DNA of 64,000 nt from an uncultured Candidatus Rokubacteria bacterium (GCA_963762145.1 CAVXJS010000009.1:192001-256000); one strand, 5' to 3'. Positions 31,633 through 42,045 are shown, numbered from the stretch's first letter. Notes: generated by a model from the letters alone, not told the origin. A program made the numbers and translations.

Positions 31633-32696
31633 GGGTTCGCGCGCGCTTCCTCCGCGAAGCGCAGCAGGGCGAGGGTCAGGGCCACCACCACCGGCCCCAC
31701 CACCAGCCCGATGGGGCCGAACACGCTGAGACCGCCGATCAAGCCCAGGAACACCGGGAGCGTGGAGATCTGCGCGCGGCCCGAGATGAAGAGCGGGCGC
31801 ACCACGTTGTCGGCGCTCGACACCACCGCCACGCTCCACGCGGCCAGGAAGAGCGCGGCCACCCAGCGCCCCTGCAGGAACAACACCGCCACCGCGGGCA
31901 CCCAGATCAGCGTGGTGCCGACGAACGGGATCAGCGAGGCCACCGCGGCCACCGCGCCGAACACTACCGGCGAGGGCAGCCCGACCAGCGCGAAGCCGAT
32001 GCCCACCAGCACTCCCTGCACGAGCGCGGTCAGCAGCGAGCCGAACACCACCGCTCGGGTGACCGCCGCGACGTGCTCGACGAGCTGCGCGCGGCGCTCC
32101 CGCCTCATCGGGATCAGGCGCACCACGCTCGCCATCATCTGGTCGCCGTCGCGCAGGAGGAAGAAGAGCACGAAGAGCGCGATGGAGAGGCCCACCAGCG
32201 CGTTCAGCGTCCCGACCACGAACGAACCGCTCACCGCCACCGTCCCCTGCAGGAAGGTCTGGGCGCCGCTCATCAGCCAGCCGTGGATCTGGGCCGCGTC
32301 GATCGGCGAGACCGCCTCGACCCACCGGATGGCGCGGCTCACGATCGGGATGTCGAGGAGATCCGCCGGGCCCGAGATCCCGGACTCGGCCACCAGCTTT
32401 TGCACCCGCCCGAAGAGATCTTTCGCCTGGCTCGCGAAGGCCACCGCCAGGAGCGGCAGTGGGGCGACCAGGACAACCGTGGTGGCCACCGTGAGGAGAA
32501 CCGCGGTCAAGGCGTAGCGGCCCCCCAGGCGCCGCCCCAGCGCCTGCCGCGCGGGAAAGAGCAGGAGGGCGAGCAGCATGGACCAGAGGAGAGCTTCCAG
32601 GAACGGGCGCAGGATCAGGAACAACGTCCCCGCCAGGAGAGCGCCCGTGGCGAGGGCGAAGACGCGCGGATAGAAGCGGTCGTCCCCTTCGTTCAC
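31629..32696 (-). CDS. AI-2E family transporter
   Basis: FFLLRDG, LIPFVGT, DNVVRP, FGPIGLVVGP. Confidence 0.9.
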
Positions 32697-33406
32697 CGCC
32701 GCGATCGAAGCTGCCGCAGCGACAGCGCGTGGAGGACCCAGGCCAGCGGGACCAGGAAGGCGGGCAGCCAGATGTACGGCCAGTCGCCGATGAACGTCGC
32801 GGGCGGGTCCGTCTCGAAGATCCGCCACGGGGTCGGCGCGGAGAGCTGCACGAGCACCACGACGTTCAGGAGGATGACGATGCCGGCCCAGTTCCACCAC
32901 ACCGCCACCCGCGCCGGCCACGCGCGCCGGACGAAGCAGGCGTAGGCCACCACCGGCGCGGTGAGACCGACCAGGATGTCCACGTTGCGGCCGTGGAAGC
33001 TCAGCAGCTCCGGGATCACCCCCGCCACCGCGAGCCGCCACAGCACGATCTCGACCGGGATGCGAAAGGTCTGCGCGGCCACCAGCCACACGGGGGGCAC
33101 CGCGGCCAGGAGTGGCATGACGCGCGGGGACACCGTGAGCGCCAGCAGGGTGAGCAGCGGCGGGCCGACGCCGAGCAGCAGGTGCGGCGGCATGGACTGG
33201 AAATCCTCGAAGAAGCCGCGCTCCGCGAGCACCACGGTCAGCGCGAGCCAGCCGACAAGGGCCACCCCCGCGATGCGCACCGCTTGCACCGCGCCCGGCC
33301 CCACGCGCCGCGCCGCGCGCGTGGCGCCCCAGAGCACGAGCCCGAGCATTGCGAGGACGATGACGATGAAGGCCAGGTCGACCGCGAGCGGGGCAGTGGT
33401 GAGCAT
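32693..33406 (-). CDS. Hypothetical multi-pass membrane protein
   Basis: QTFRIPVE, GRNVDILVG, PYIWLPAFLVP; about 7 TM segments. Confidence 0.75.
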   Translation of the reverse strand: MLTTAPLAVDLAFIVIVLAMLGLVLWGATRAARRVGPGAVQAVRIAGVALVGWLALTVVLAERGFFEDFQSMPPHLLLGVGPPLLTLLALTVSPRVMPLLAAVPPVWLVAAQTFRIPVEIVLWRLAVAGVIPELLSFHGRNVDILVGLTAPVVAYACFVRRAWPARVAVWWNWAGIVILLNVVVLVQLSAPTPWRIFETDPPATFIGDWPYIWLPAFLVPLAWVLHALSLRQLRSRR

Positions 33407-33528
33407 CACGCATGGATAGCACATTCACCATCGAACGCGCGAGCGACACCACGTCACCCCGCTGACACCCCGGCGGGTGGGGTCGATCTATCCTCCCACC
33501 GGATCAGGCCATTCGGGCCGGGCCCGGA

Positions 33529-33544
33529 TGGCACCCCGCTTGCT
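33529..33544 (+). promoter_or_regulatory. Sigma-54 (-24/-12) promoter
   Basis: TGGCAC-CCCGC-TTGCT with exact GG-N10-GC spacing, ending about 20 nt before the riboswitch. Confidence 0.75.
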
Positions 33545-33564
33545 CCTCTTCCGGGACGCGGAGC

Positions 33565-33654
33565 CTCTTCCCGACAAACGGCAAACCCGTCGCGAGACGG
33601 GGACGCAAAGCCACGGATCAGGGCGACCTGATAGCCGGGCTACCGAAGGAAGGG
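33565..33654 (+). ncRNA. Cyclic di-GMP-I (GEMM) riboswitch
   Basis: GGCAAACCCGTC-GCGA-GACGGGGACGCAAAGCCACGG...AGCCGGGCTACCGAA; GNRA-capped P2; CTTCC/GGAAG closing helix. Confidence 0.9.
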
Positions 33655-33710
33655 CGCTCACAGTAGCGCTCGTCGGGATCCGAGTGTGCTCCGCGAACAG
33701 GAGGATCCTG

Positions 33711-34415
33711 ATGAGACACGGACTGGTTCGGTTCATCGTGCGCCGCCTCGCGGTGCTCGCCATCATTCTCTTCATCCCGGTTCCCGCGGCCGCCGACGAC
33801 GCGATCATGAGCGTCGATCAGTACAAGACGGCCAAGGCTCGCAACCTCGCCACCACCCACCAGGGGCTGCTCAAGCAGGTGCGCGAGGAGATCTACCACT
33901 GCATGCCGTGGGTCGGTGTGCAGAAGGCGGGGATCGCCTTCCGCCAGCCCAAGGGCGCGGTGGAGGACGATCGCTACCTCTCGATCTGGATCGTCATCGA
34001 TCAGGACGAGGACGCGCGGTTCTCGGCGCTGCCCGCCGAGCGGCGCGCCTCTGCGATGTTCTCGCGCTACGGCACGGATCTCCTGCGGCGCATGGCTCAG
34101 CTCCAGCCGCTGGTCACCGATCCCGACGTGAAGGGTTTCTCGGTCGTGCTCTCGTGGCTGAAGCCCGGTACCGGCAGCGGGTCGGTGCAGCCGGTCAACG
34201 AGACGCTCGCCCTCTGGAGTGACAAGCAGACCACGCTCGGCTTCCTCGCCAAGCGCGTCCCCGCGGGCGAGTTCACCCGCCGAGCCAAGTTCAGCGTCTT
34301 CGATGGGGTCGAGGACAAGGGACGCCTCGCCCTCGAGGTCTGGGAGGATTCGTTCGTCCGGACCTTCAAGGTCTCCAACGTCGAAGCCTCGAAGGGCCAG
34401 AGGTGCTCTGGCTGA
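33711..34415 (+). CDS. Hypothetical secreted protein downstream of the riboswitch
   Basis: AGGAGG RBS; Sec signal peptide ending PAAA-DD; no recognisable domain. Confidence 0.8.
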   Translation: MRHGLVRFIVRRLAVLAIILFIPVPAAADDAIMSVDQYKTAKARNLATTHQGLLKQVREEIYHCMPWVGVQKAGIAFRQPKGAVEDDRYLSIWIVIDQDEDARFSALPAERRASAMFSRYGTDLLRRMAQLQPLVTDPDVKGFSVVLSWLKPGTGSGSVQPVNETLALWSDKQTTLGFLAKRVPAGEFTRRAKFSVFDGVEDKGRLALEVWEDSFVRTFKVSNVEASKGQRCSG

Positions 34416-34418
34416 CCG

Positions 34419-35114
34419 TCAGGACACCGGCAATCGGTCGCCGGCCCGGTACCACACCGGGTCGGCGACCGGCCGGAACAGCTTGACCCGGGCGGTGCCG
34501 TGCACCGTCACGGCGCCCTCGTCCACGATGACCCACGCGCCCTCTTCCAGCCCCAGCACCGGGTTCGCGTTGACCACGTGATACTCCCGGATCCGGTCGT
34601 CCCGCGTCTCGCTGAAGGCGGCCATGGCGGGGTCCGCTTCCTTGTAGTGGGGATTGATGTTGAAGCCCACCAGTCCCAGGGCGTCGAAGCGGTCGAGCCC
34701 CACCACGTTCCAGTCGTTCGTGGTCAGGATGGTGGGCCCCGCCACGTTGGACCCCGCGCTCGCGCCCGCGTAGGGCATCCCGGCGGCCACCCGCGCGCGG
34801 ATCGCCTCGAGCAGGCCGGCGCCGCGCAGGCGCTGGAGCAGCGCGTAGGTGTTGCCCCCGCCCATGAAGAGCGCGTCCGCGTCGGCCAGGGTGGCGAGCG
34901 GCTCGCGATCCCAGCGCAGGTGCAGGAGCTCGAGGCCCGCGCCCTCGGGCGGGGCGGGCTCCAGCGCGGCGCGGATGCGCTCGAACGAGGCGGTCTCGTC
35001 GTGCAGGTTGGCCGCGGTGACGAAGGCCACCCGGCGCCGCGGGCCGAAGAAGTCGGACAGCGCGGCGCGGCCGACCGGGCCGAGCGGCCCGCCCGAATGC
35101 AGGAGCGCGCGCAT
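34419..35114 (-). CDS. pepE: Dipeptidase E (peptidase S51)
   Basis: GGGNT, GASAGSN, TTND, INPHY, ETR..RI.EY. Confidence 0.9.
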   Translation of the reverse strand: MRALLHSGGPLGPVGRAALSDFFGPRRRVAFVTAANLHDETASFERIRAALEPAPPEGAGLELLHLRWDREPLATLADADALFMGGGNTYALLQRLRGAGLLEAIRARVAAGMPYAGASAGSNVAGPTILTTNDWNVVGLDRFDALGLVGFNINPHYKEADPAMAAFSETRDDRIREYHVVNANPVLGLEEGAWVIVDEGAVTVHGTARVKLFRPVADPVWYRAGDRLPVS

Positions 35115-35117
35115 CGC

Positions 35118-35909
35118 CTACGGGCCGAGCAGGCGCTTGAGCTGGGGCATGGACTTGACCACGTAGTGCGCCACGCCGTCGGGCCCGCCCTTAGGCGCGA
35201 AGAGCACCGCGGTCATGCCGACGCGGCGCGCGCCGCGCACGTCGGAGTCGATGCTGTCGCCCACCATCGCCGCGTCGTCCACGCCGAGCCCCATGCGCTG
35301 CAGCGCCAGCTCGAAGAGCGGCGGCTCGGGCTTGCCGATCACGATCGGCCGCGCGCCCGCCGCCGAGGCGACCGCCTCCACGATGGCGCCGCAGCCGGGC
35401 AGGAACTGGCCGTCCTCCATCGGCAGGCGCGGATCGATGTTCGGGGTGACGAAGGCGGCGCCCGCGTCCACCGCGCGAGCGGCCGCGGTCAGGCGCTCGT
35501 AGCTGAAGTCGAAGTCGTTGCCCACGACCACCACGGTGGCGTCGCGGTAGGCGTCCACCGGCACGAGCGTGTGGCCGGCCTCCACCACCACCTCGGCCAG
35601 CTCGGGGCCGCCGATGGCCAGGACCCGCGACGGCCCCCAGCGCTGGGCCACGACCTCGCCCAGGATCTCGAGCGGGGTGAGCACCTCGGCTTCTTTCGCC
35701 TCCACGCCGAGGCGCTCCAGCTTGGCCTGCATGGTCCGGGCGCGGGCGCGCGAGTTATTGGTGAGGAAACACAGCCCCTTGCCCTGTTTCCGGATCAAGG
35801 CGAGCACCTCGGCGGCGCCCGGCGTGAGCACGTCGCCGGTCCACACGCAGCCGTCGAGATCGAAGACCAGGCCGCGCATCTCGCGGAGAGTTCGCCGTGT
35901 CGGGCTCAT
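35118..35909 (-). CDS. HAD-IIA hydrolase (NagD-like)
   Basis: FDLDG, LTNNS, IGKP, MVGDSIDSD. Confidence 0.9.
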   Translation of the reverse strand: MSPTRRTLREMRGLVFDLDGCVWTGDVLTPGAAEVLALIRKQGKGLCFLTNNSRARARTMQAKLERLGVEAKEAEVLTPLEILGEVVAQRWGPSRVLAIGGPELAEVVVEAGHTLVPVDAYRDATVVVVGNDFDFSYERLTAAARAVDAGAAFVTPNIDPRLPMEDGQFLPGCGAIVEAVASAAGARPIVIGKPEPPLFELALQRMGLGVDDAAMVGDSIDSDVRGARRVGMTAVLFAPKGGPDGVAHYVVKSMPQLKRLLGP

Positions 35910-36018
35910 GGGTGGCGGTCGGATACTAACACGCGGGCCACGAGCCCGGGGGACGTCGGCGGCGCCGGCTCTCTCAAAACTTTGGGCGCGAGACCGATCG
36001 CGCTAGATTTGAGGCGAC

Positions 36019-36658
36019 ATGAGTAACAGCCGGACGTATACGCTGCGGAATGCGGCGTCGATCGTCTTCGCGCTGACCGCGGTCATTCCCCTGCTCCTCT
36101 TCACCTACACGCCTCTACCTGCTCGGGCAGCTCGGACAGTTCCAGGCCCAGATGGGGCTCGGCGTCGCGCTCGGCTGCGCCCTGGTGGGGCTCTTCATCT
36201 TCTCGAACCTGATGGCGCGCCTCGGCGAGGTGCTGCGGTTCCTCGAGGGGCACCCCGCGCCCGCCGAGGCGCCCGCCGAAGCGGCCGGGACGAGCTCGGA
36301 GGCCGCCCGCGCGGCCCGGCCGGTCTCGGTGGCCTCCAACGGACCCGGGAGCCCGCCGTGGTCCGGCCCGGACGGTCTGCTCGTGCCCGGCCTCGGGACG
36401 ATCACCGCGGCGAGCCGGGCGGCCTCGGCGGCGAGACAGGCCGCGGGTATCTTCGACGACGTGCAGAAGACCATGTGGCACGCGGAAGCCCAGCAGCACC
36501 TCGGACGGCGCGTGCTCATCTCCGTGAAGAACGCGCCCGAGCCGATCGCGGGCAGCCTGGCCCAGATCGCCGAGGACGGCGTCCTGCTCGAGCAGGACGA
36601 CCAGCGGGTGGCGGTCAGCTACCTTCGCATCACCAACATCGAAGCGGACCGCTCCTAG
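36019..36658 (+). CDS. Hypothetical 2-TM protein with a C-terminal Sm/LSm-like beta domain, indel near 36112
   Basis: Joins the start of ORF 36019 to ORF 36152-36658; tail LGRRVLISV..IAGSL..DGVLL..VSY..I.NIE. Confidence 0.6.
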
Positions 36659-36660
36659 AG

Positions 36661-38451
36661 CTAGCGCCGCCGCAGGATGGCGCTGAGGGCGACGCGCGCG
36701 CGCGCGTCGCCCGGATCCAGCACGACCGCCTCGCGATAGGCGGCCTCCGCCTGGCGCCACCGGCCCTGGCGCGCCAGCAGGTGCCCGAGACGCGCATGGG
36801 CCTCGGCCAGGTCCGGGCTCACCTCGATGGCCTCGCGGTAGGCGGCCTCGGCCTCGTCGAGCTGGCCCTGCCGCTCGAGCGCGGTCCACAGCCCGAAGTG
36901 GCTCTGCGCGTCGTCGGGCCTGAGGCCCAGCGCGTCGCGGTAGGCGGCCTCGGCCAGCACATGGTCCCCTCGCACCAGCAGGACCGCGCCCAGTCCGCGA
37001 TGCGAGGCGATCCGCTGCGGCTTCACCCGGATGGCCTCGCGAAAGGCCTCGACCGCCTCGTCGTGACGGCCCGTCTCGGTCAGCAGCTCGCCCAGGTCGC
37101 CCCACGCCCGCGCGTAACCCGGCTTGAGGCTCACCGCCCCGCGGAAGGCCGCCTCGGCCGCCGCATGCTTGCCCTGCGAGTAGAGCGCCATGCCGAGGCC
37201 GCGGTGGAGCGGCGCGCCGTCGGGCTTCACGTCGAGAGCCTGGCGATAGGCGGCTTCCGACTCCGCGTGGCGCCCCTGGCGGCCGAGGCCGAGCGCCAGG
37301 TTGGCGCGGGCCACCGAGTCCCGGGGATTGAGGCGCACCGCCTCGCGCAGCGCCGCCTCCGCCTCCGCGTGGCGCCCCTGACGGCCCATCGCGATGCCGA
37401 GCTCGACGTAGAGATCCGCGTTGTCGGGCGCCAGCGCGACGGCTCGACGGAACTCGCCCTCGGCGGCGCCGAGCAGCCCCTGCGCCTCCAGGGCCAGGCC
37501 CAGGTCGGCGTGCAGGTGGGCGTCGTCCGGCTTGAGCCGGATCGCGCGCTCGTAGACGCGCGCCTCCTCGGACCACTTGGCCTGGCGGCGGTAGATCGAG
37601 GCGAGGCCCACGTAGGCGTCGAGGAGGTCCGGCTCGAGCCGCAGGGCCTCCAGCAGCGCGGCCTCCGCGTCCACGAAGCGCCCCTGCCGCTCGAGCACGC
37701 GTCCCAGGCGCGCGCGCCAGCGGCCGCTCGTGGGCTCGAGGCGCGCGGCGCGCGAGTAGGCGGTGACCGCCTCGTGATAGCGTCGCAGGCGCTCGAGCAC
37801 GAGGCCCAGGCGCCCGTGGAGCACGGGCTCGTCCGGCCGCAGGGCGGCGGCCTGGCGATAGGCCACCACCGCGTCGCCCCACCGCCGCAGGCGGCGCAGG
37901 GTCTCCGCGTGCTGCACGTGCGACCGGTGGGCGCGCGGGTCGAGCCGCACCGCCTCGGCGAAGGCCACGACCGCCTCCCCGTCGCGCCCCTGCGCGGCGA
38001 GCACCCGGCCGAGGCCGTGGTGGGCGATCGGATTCGACGGGGCCAGCCGGATCGTCTCCTCGAACTCGCGCACCGCCTCGTCCATCCGGCCCAGGCGCGC
38101 GAGGGTGACCGCGAGCCCGTGGCGCGCCTCCGCGCCGCGCGGGGCCAGCCGCACCGCCTCGCGCGCGGCGGTCTCCTCCTCGCGCGCCTTGCCCAGGCGC
38201 CGGCACGCCGCCGCGAGACGCAGCCACGCGGTGGCGTGATCGCGCTTGCCGCGGAGGGCGGCCCGGAAGGCGGCCTCCGCGCCGGCCCACTTGCGCTGGC
38301 GCTCCAGGACCAGGCCCAGCTTGAAGTTCGCCTTCACGCTGCGCGGCTCGAGCGCGAGGGCCGCGGTCAGCGCGTGCTCGGCGTCCGCGTAGCGTCCCTC
38401 CCGGAGCGAGCGCTCCGCGCTGTCGAGGCAGAAGGCGAACTGCGTGCTCAC
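36661..38451 (-). CDS. Tetratricopeptide-repeat protein
   Basis: Many 34-aa LG...EA..A.R.A..L.P repeats over the whole length. Confidence 0.9.
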   Translation of the reverse strand: MSTQFAFCLDSAERSLREGRYADAEHALTAALALEPRSVKANFKLGLVLERQRKWAGAEAAFRAALRGKRDHATAWLRLAAACRRLGKAREEETAAREAVRLAPRGAEARHGLAVTLARLGRMDEAVREFEETIRLAPSNPIAHHGLGRVLAAQGRDGEAVVAFAEAVRLDPRAHRSHVQHAETLRRLRRWGDAVVAYRQAAALRPDEPVLHGRLGLVLERLRRYHEAVTAYSRAARLEPTSGRWRARLGRVLERQGRFVDAEAALLEALRLEPDLLDAYVGLASIYRRQAKWSEEARVYERAIRLKPDDAHLHADLGLALEAQGLLGAAEGEFRRAVALAPDNADLYVELGIAMGRQGRHAEAEAALREAVRLNPRDSVARANLALGLGRQGRHAESEAAYRQALDVKPDGAPLHRGLGMALYSQGKHAAAEAAFRGAVSLKPGYARAWGDLGELLTETGRHDEAVEAFREAIRVKPQRIASHRGLGAVLLVRGDHVLAEAAYRDALGLRPDDAQSHFGLWTALERQGQLDEAEAAYREAIEVSPDLAEAHARLGHLLARQGRWRQAEAAYREAVVLDPGDARARVALSAILRRR

Positions 38452-39569
38452 GATCGGCCGCGCCGGGCGATCTGCTCCACGACGAGGTCCACGATGTGCT
38501 CGGCCGCGTCGGGCCGCCGCAGGCGCCGCAGCGAGCCGTGCAGCCGCTCGACGGTGTCCGGATCGCCCACCGCCCGGTCCAGCAGCCGGCGCAGCGCGCC
38601 GCGCGAGCGCGCGACGAGCGCGATGCCCGCGCGCGAGGCGAAGCGCTCGTTGCCGCGCTCCTGCCCCGGGAGCGAGCCGTAGAGCAGCAGGGGCACCTCG
38701 GCCGCGGACGCCTCGGCGAGCGTCATCCCGCCCGCCTTGGTGACGAGCAGGTCCGCGGCGGCGAGGAGCGTGGGCACGTCCTCCACGAAGCCCACCACGC
38801 GCACCGGGCTCCGCCCGGCCAGCCGCGCCAGGCTCGCCCGCAGGCGCTCGTCGCGGCCGGCCACCACCACCGCCTGCATCGGCCGCTCCATCGTGAGCAG
38901 CGCGCGGGTGACGTCGCGGAGGCGGCCGAGCGAGCCCTGCGTGCCCGCCATCGCGACGATGGTGGGCAGGTGGGGCGAGAGGCCCAGCGCGCGACGCGCC
39001 GCGGCCGCGTCCACCGCGCGCGCGAAGTCGGCGCGCACCGGCACCCCGGTGACGACCACGCGCTCGGGCGGGATCCCGCGCGCGACGAACTCGTTGCGCA
39101 TCTCCTCGGCGGCCACGCAGTAGCGGTCCACCGGGCTCGGCATCCACTGACTGTGGGCCACGAAGTCGGTCACCACGGTGGTGTGCGGCGGCAGCCGGCG
39201 GCCGTCCGTCGCGAGCGCGGCCATGGCCGCCGCGGGCGTCGCGTGCACCGTGATGACCGCGTCGGGCCGCATCGTGTCGAGCCGCCCGGCCAGCCCCGCG
39301 GTCCCCACCCGGGTCATGCCGAAGGAGAGCGGCGACTCCGGTCCCATGCGATCGCCCAGGCCGTAGGCGAGCGCCCACACCCCGGGCGCGCGCCGGAGCA
39401 GGACATAGTAGAGCGCGCGGCTCACGCGCGCGAAGACCGGGTGCACCAGCTCGCGGAAGTGATCCACCACCACCGCCTCGCCGCCGCGCGCCTCGACGGC
39501 GGCGGCCAGGCTGCGCGCCGCTTCCGCGTGGCCGGATCCGTAGCTGGCGCTCAGGATGAGGATGCGCAT
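38448..39569 (-). CDS. MGDG synthase/UgtP-like glycosyltransferase (GT28)
   Basis: SYGSGH, VVTDF..HSQW, TGVPV, TKAGG.T, GQE.GN. Confidence 0.9.
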   Translation of the reverse strand: MRILILSASYGSGHAEAARSLAAAVEARGGEAVVVDHFRELVHPVFARVSRALYYVLLRRAPGVWALAYGLGDRMGPESPLSFGMTRVGTAGLAGRLDTMRPDAVITVHATPAAAMAALATDGRRLPPHTTVVTDFVAHSQWMPSPVDRYCVAAEEMRNEFVARGIPPERVVVTGVPVRADFARAVDAAAARRALGLSPHLPTIVAMAGTQGSLGRLRDVTRALLTMERPMQAVVVAGRDERLRASLARLAGRSPVRVVGFVEDVPTLLAAADLLVTKAGGMTLAEASAAEVPLLLYGSLPGQERGNERFASRAGIALVARSRGALRRLLDRAVGDPDTVERLHGSLRRLRRPDAAEHIVDLVVEQIARRGRS

Positions 39570-39574
39570 GACGC

Positions 39575-40195
39575 TCAGGGCGCGATCGGCTCGTCCACGT
39601 AGACCGTGTAGCGACGCGGCCGGCCCCGCCCGGCGTCGGCCGGGTCCACGTAGAGGATCGAGCTCTGCCCGCGGATCGCGGCGGGCTGGATCGAGAAGCG
39701 GATGAAGCTGGTCTCGCGCTCGGCCGCCGACACCGCGAGCACCGGCTCGCGCCCGCTCTCGAACCAGGCCTCGCCCGGCTCCACGGTGCGCGGCGCGCCC
39801 TCCGCCACCGTCACCTCCAGGCGGCCGTAAAGCAGGCAGCGGATGCCGCCGCCCCGGTGTCGGTGCGGCGGCGCGATGCCGCCCGGCTCGAAATCCACCC
39901 GGTCGCAGCGCATGAGCCAGGCCGCGCCGTCCGCCAGATCGATCGGGTGCTCGAGCAGCACGCGCCCGCCCGCCGCGGGCGGCGGCTGGCGGACCAGCTC
40001 GACCCGGTAGAGCACCGCGCCCGCGGGGCCGGCGCGCGCGGTGAGATCGGCGGGGCCGACCGCGGGCACCGGCTCGGCGGCCGCCCCGCCCAGGAGCTCG
40101 CCCGAGACCGCGTACAGCACGCGGGGCGCGCGCGGGGCCGGCGCCGCCGCGCCGGCGGCGAGATGATCCTGGATGAGACGGAGCGAGTAGGCCAT
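39575..40195 (-). CDS. Cupin-like protein
   Basis: RCDRVDF..HRHRGGGIR..PGEAWFE. Confidence 0.7.
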   Translation of the reverse strand: MAYSLRLIQDHLAAGAAAPAPRAPRVLYAVSGELLGGAAAEPVPAVGPADLTARAGPAGAVLYRVELVRQPPPAAGGRVLLEHPIDLADGAAWLMRCDRVDFEPGGIAPPHRHRGGGIRCLLYGRLEVTVAEGAPRTVEPGEAWFESGREPVLAVSAAERETSFIRFSIQPAAIRGQSSILYVDPADAGRGRPRRYTVYVDEPIAP

Positions 40196-40256
40196 CGCGG
40201 CTCGGACTCCATAGTAATCGCTTGGCGTGGCTGGACGAAACCCCTACCCTGTCCGG

Positions 40257-41113
40257 GTGACCGCCACCGCGCTTCTCCTCGTCCTGGGCGCGGCCGTGCT
40301 GCACGCGGGCTGGAACGCGCTCACCAAGCGCGCGGGCGATCCGGTGGTGTTCCTCTGGTGGGTCGGCCTGCTCGGGAGCGCGCTCTACGCGCCGGTCGCG
40401 CTGGTGATCCTGTTCCGCGACGGCTTCACCGTCGACCGCCATCCCGTTCGTGTTCGGCACCATCGTGCTGCACGCCGCTCTACTTCTTCACGCTCGGCCG
40501 CGCGTACACCACCGGCGACTTTTCCCTCGTCTATCCCATCGCGCGCGGGCTCGGGGTGGCCCTGGTGCCGATCGCCGCGCTCGCGCTCTGGGACGAGCGC
40601 CTGTCCCCGCTCGGCACGCTCGGGATGATCCTGGTGGCGAGCGGGATCTTCTTCCTGCACTGGCGGCCCGGCGCGTGGACCCGCGCGGTCTTCCTCGCCT
40701 CGGGCACCGGCTGGGCGCTCGCCACCGGCGTGCTGATCGCGTCGTACTCCCTGCTCGACAAGGCGGGCGTGGCCCGCCTGCACCCGATCGCCTACATCTG
40801 GCTCATGGAGGTGGGCTCCTGCTTGCTCCTCACCCCGGTGGCCCTCGCCAAGGGCGAGCTGATGCGTCGGGAGTGGCGCGACCGGCGCGGCACCATCGCG
40901 GCCGCCGCGCTGATGAGCCCGACCGGCTACCTGCTCGTGCTGTTCGCCTTCCAGTTCTCGAAGACCGGCTACGTGGTGGCGGCCCGCGAGATGTCCATCG
41001 TGCTCTCCGCGATCATCGGGAGCGTGTGGCTCAAGGAGGGCGGGCTCGGGCGGCGGCTGGCTGGGGCGGCGGTGGTGCTGGGCGGCGTCGCGTGCGTGGC
41101 GATGGCCCGATGA
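40257..41113 (+). CDS. EamA/DMT transporter, indels near 40440-40480
   Basis: AAVLHAGWN, GDFSLVYPIARG, YSLLDK, AAREMSI. Confidence 0.8.
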
Positions 41114-42045
41114 GGAGCGAGGCGGCGCGCGGCGGGCGCCTCCTGGTCGGGGCCGCCGCGATGTGCTGGAGCACGGGCGGCCTGATCGCGCGCCTCGTGG
41201 ATACCGACCCGTGGACCACCGTGTTCTGGCGCGGGATCTTCTGCGCCGCCTTCCTGGTCGCGGTGACCGCGCTGCGGGAGGGCCGCCGGACGCCCGGCGT
41301 CTTCCTGGGCATGGGGCGGCCCGGCCTGGCGATGGCGGCCTGCTTCGCCATCGCGTCCACCTGCTTCATCATGGCGCTCCATCGCACCGCGGTGGCGAAC
41401 GTGCTGATCATCCAGAGCCTGAGCCCGTTCATGGCCGGGCTGCTCGGCTGGCTCTGGATGGGCGAGCGCGTGGCCGGCCGCACGTGGGCCGCGATGGGCA
41501 TGGCGGTGCTGGGCAGCGCCATCATGATCTCGCGCTACTTCTACACCGAGGCGGCCGCGGGCTCGCTCGGCGGCGATGCCCTCGCCTTCACGGTGGCCCT
41601 GGCCTTCGCCATCGCCACCGTGATCCTGCGCCGCAACCGCCACATCCAGATGCTGCCCGCGGCCGCGCTCTCCGCCGCGCTCGCGAGCCTGGCCACCGCG
41701 TCCTCCGCGCGCCCCGGGACGGCCGACGGCGGCGATCTCCTGCTGCTGGCCCTTTTCGGCAGCGTCCAGCTCGGCCTCGGCATGATCCTGTTCACCGCGG
41801 GCGCGCGCCGCATCCCGGTGGCCGAGGCGGCGCTCATCGGCGTGCTCGAGAGCGTGCTCGGGCCGGTCTGGGTCTGGCTCGCGCTCGGCGAGAACCCGGG
41901 CGTGCCCTCGGTGGTGGGCGGCGTCATCGTGCTCGCCGCGCTCGCCGGCCACACCCTGGCCGACCTCCGGCTCGAGTCGCGCGCCGAGGCGGCTCAGTCC
42001 GTCTCGGGATCGGGGTCGCGGAACCGCCCGTCCACCGGCACCTGA
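41110..42045 (+). CDS. EamA/DMT transporter
   Basis: WSTGG, FWRG, LESVLGPVWVWL.LGE. Confidence 0.85.
   Translation: MRSEAARGGRLLVGAAAMCWSTGGLIARLVDTDPWTTVFWRGIFCAAFLVAVTALREGRRTPGVFLGMGRPGLAMAACFAIASTCFIMALHRTAVANVLIIQSLSPFMAGLLGWLWMGERVAGRTWAAMGMAVLGSAIMISRYFYTEAAAGSLGGDALAFTVALAFAIATVILRRNRHIQMLPAAALSAALASLATASSARPGTADGGDLLLLALFGSVQLGLGMILFTAGARRIPVAEAALIGVLESVLGPVWVWLALGENPGVPSVVGGVIVLAALAGHTLADLRLESRAEAAQSVSGSGSRNRPSTGT

Noticed and set aside
41994-42045. 52-nt overlap of the convergent DMT and CMD genes
   Set aside because: Short 3' overlaps are common in high-GC genomes where stop codons are scarce; no sign of function.
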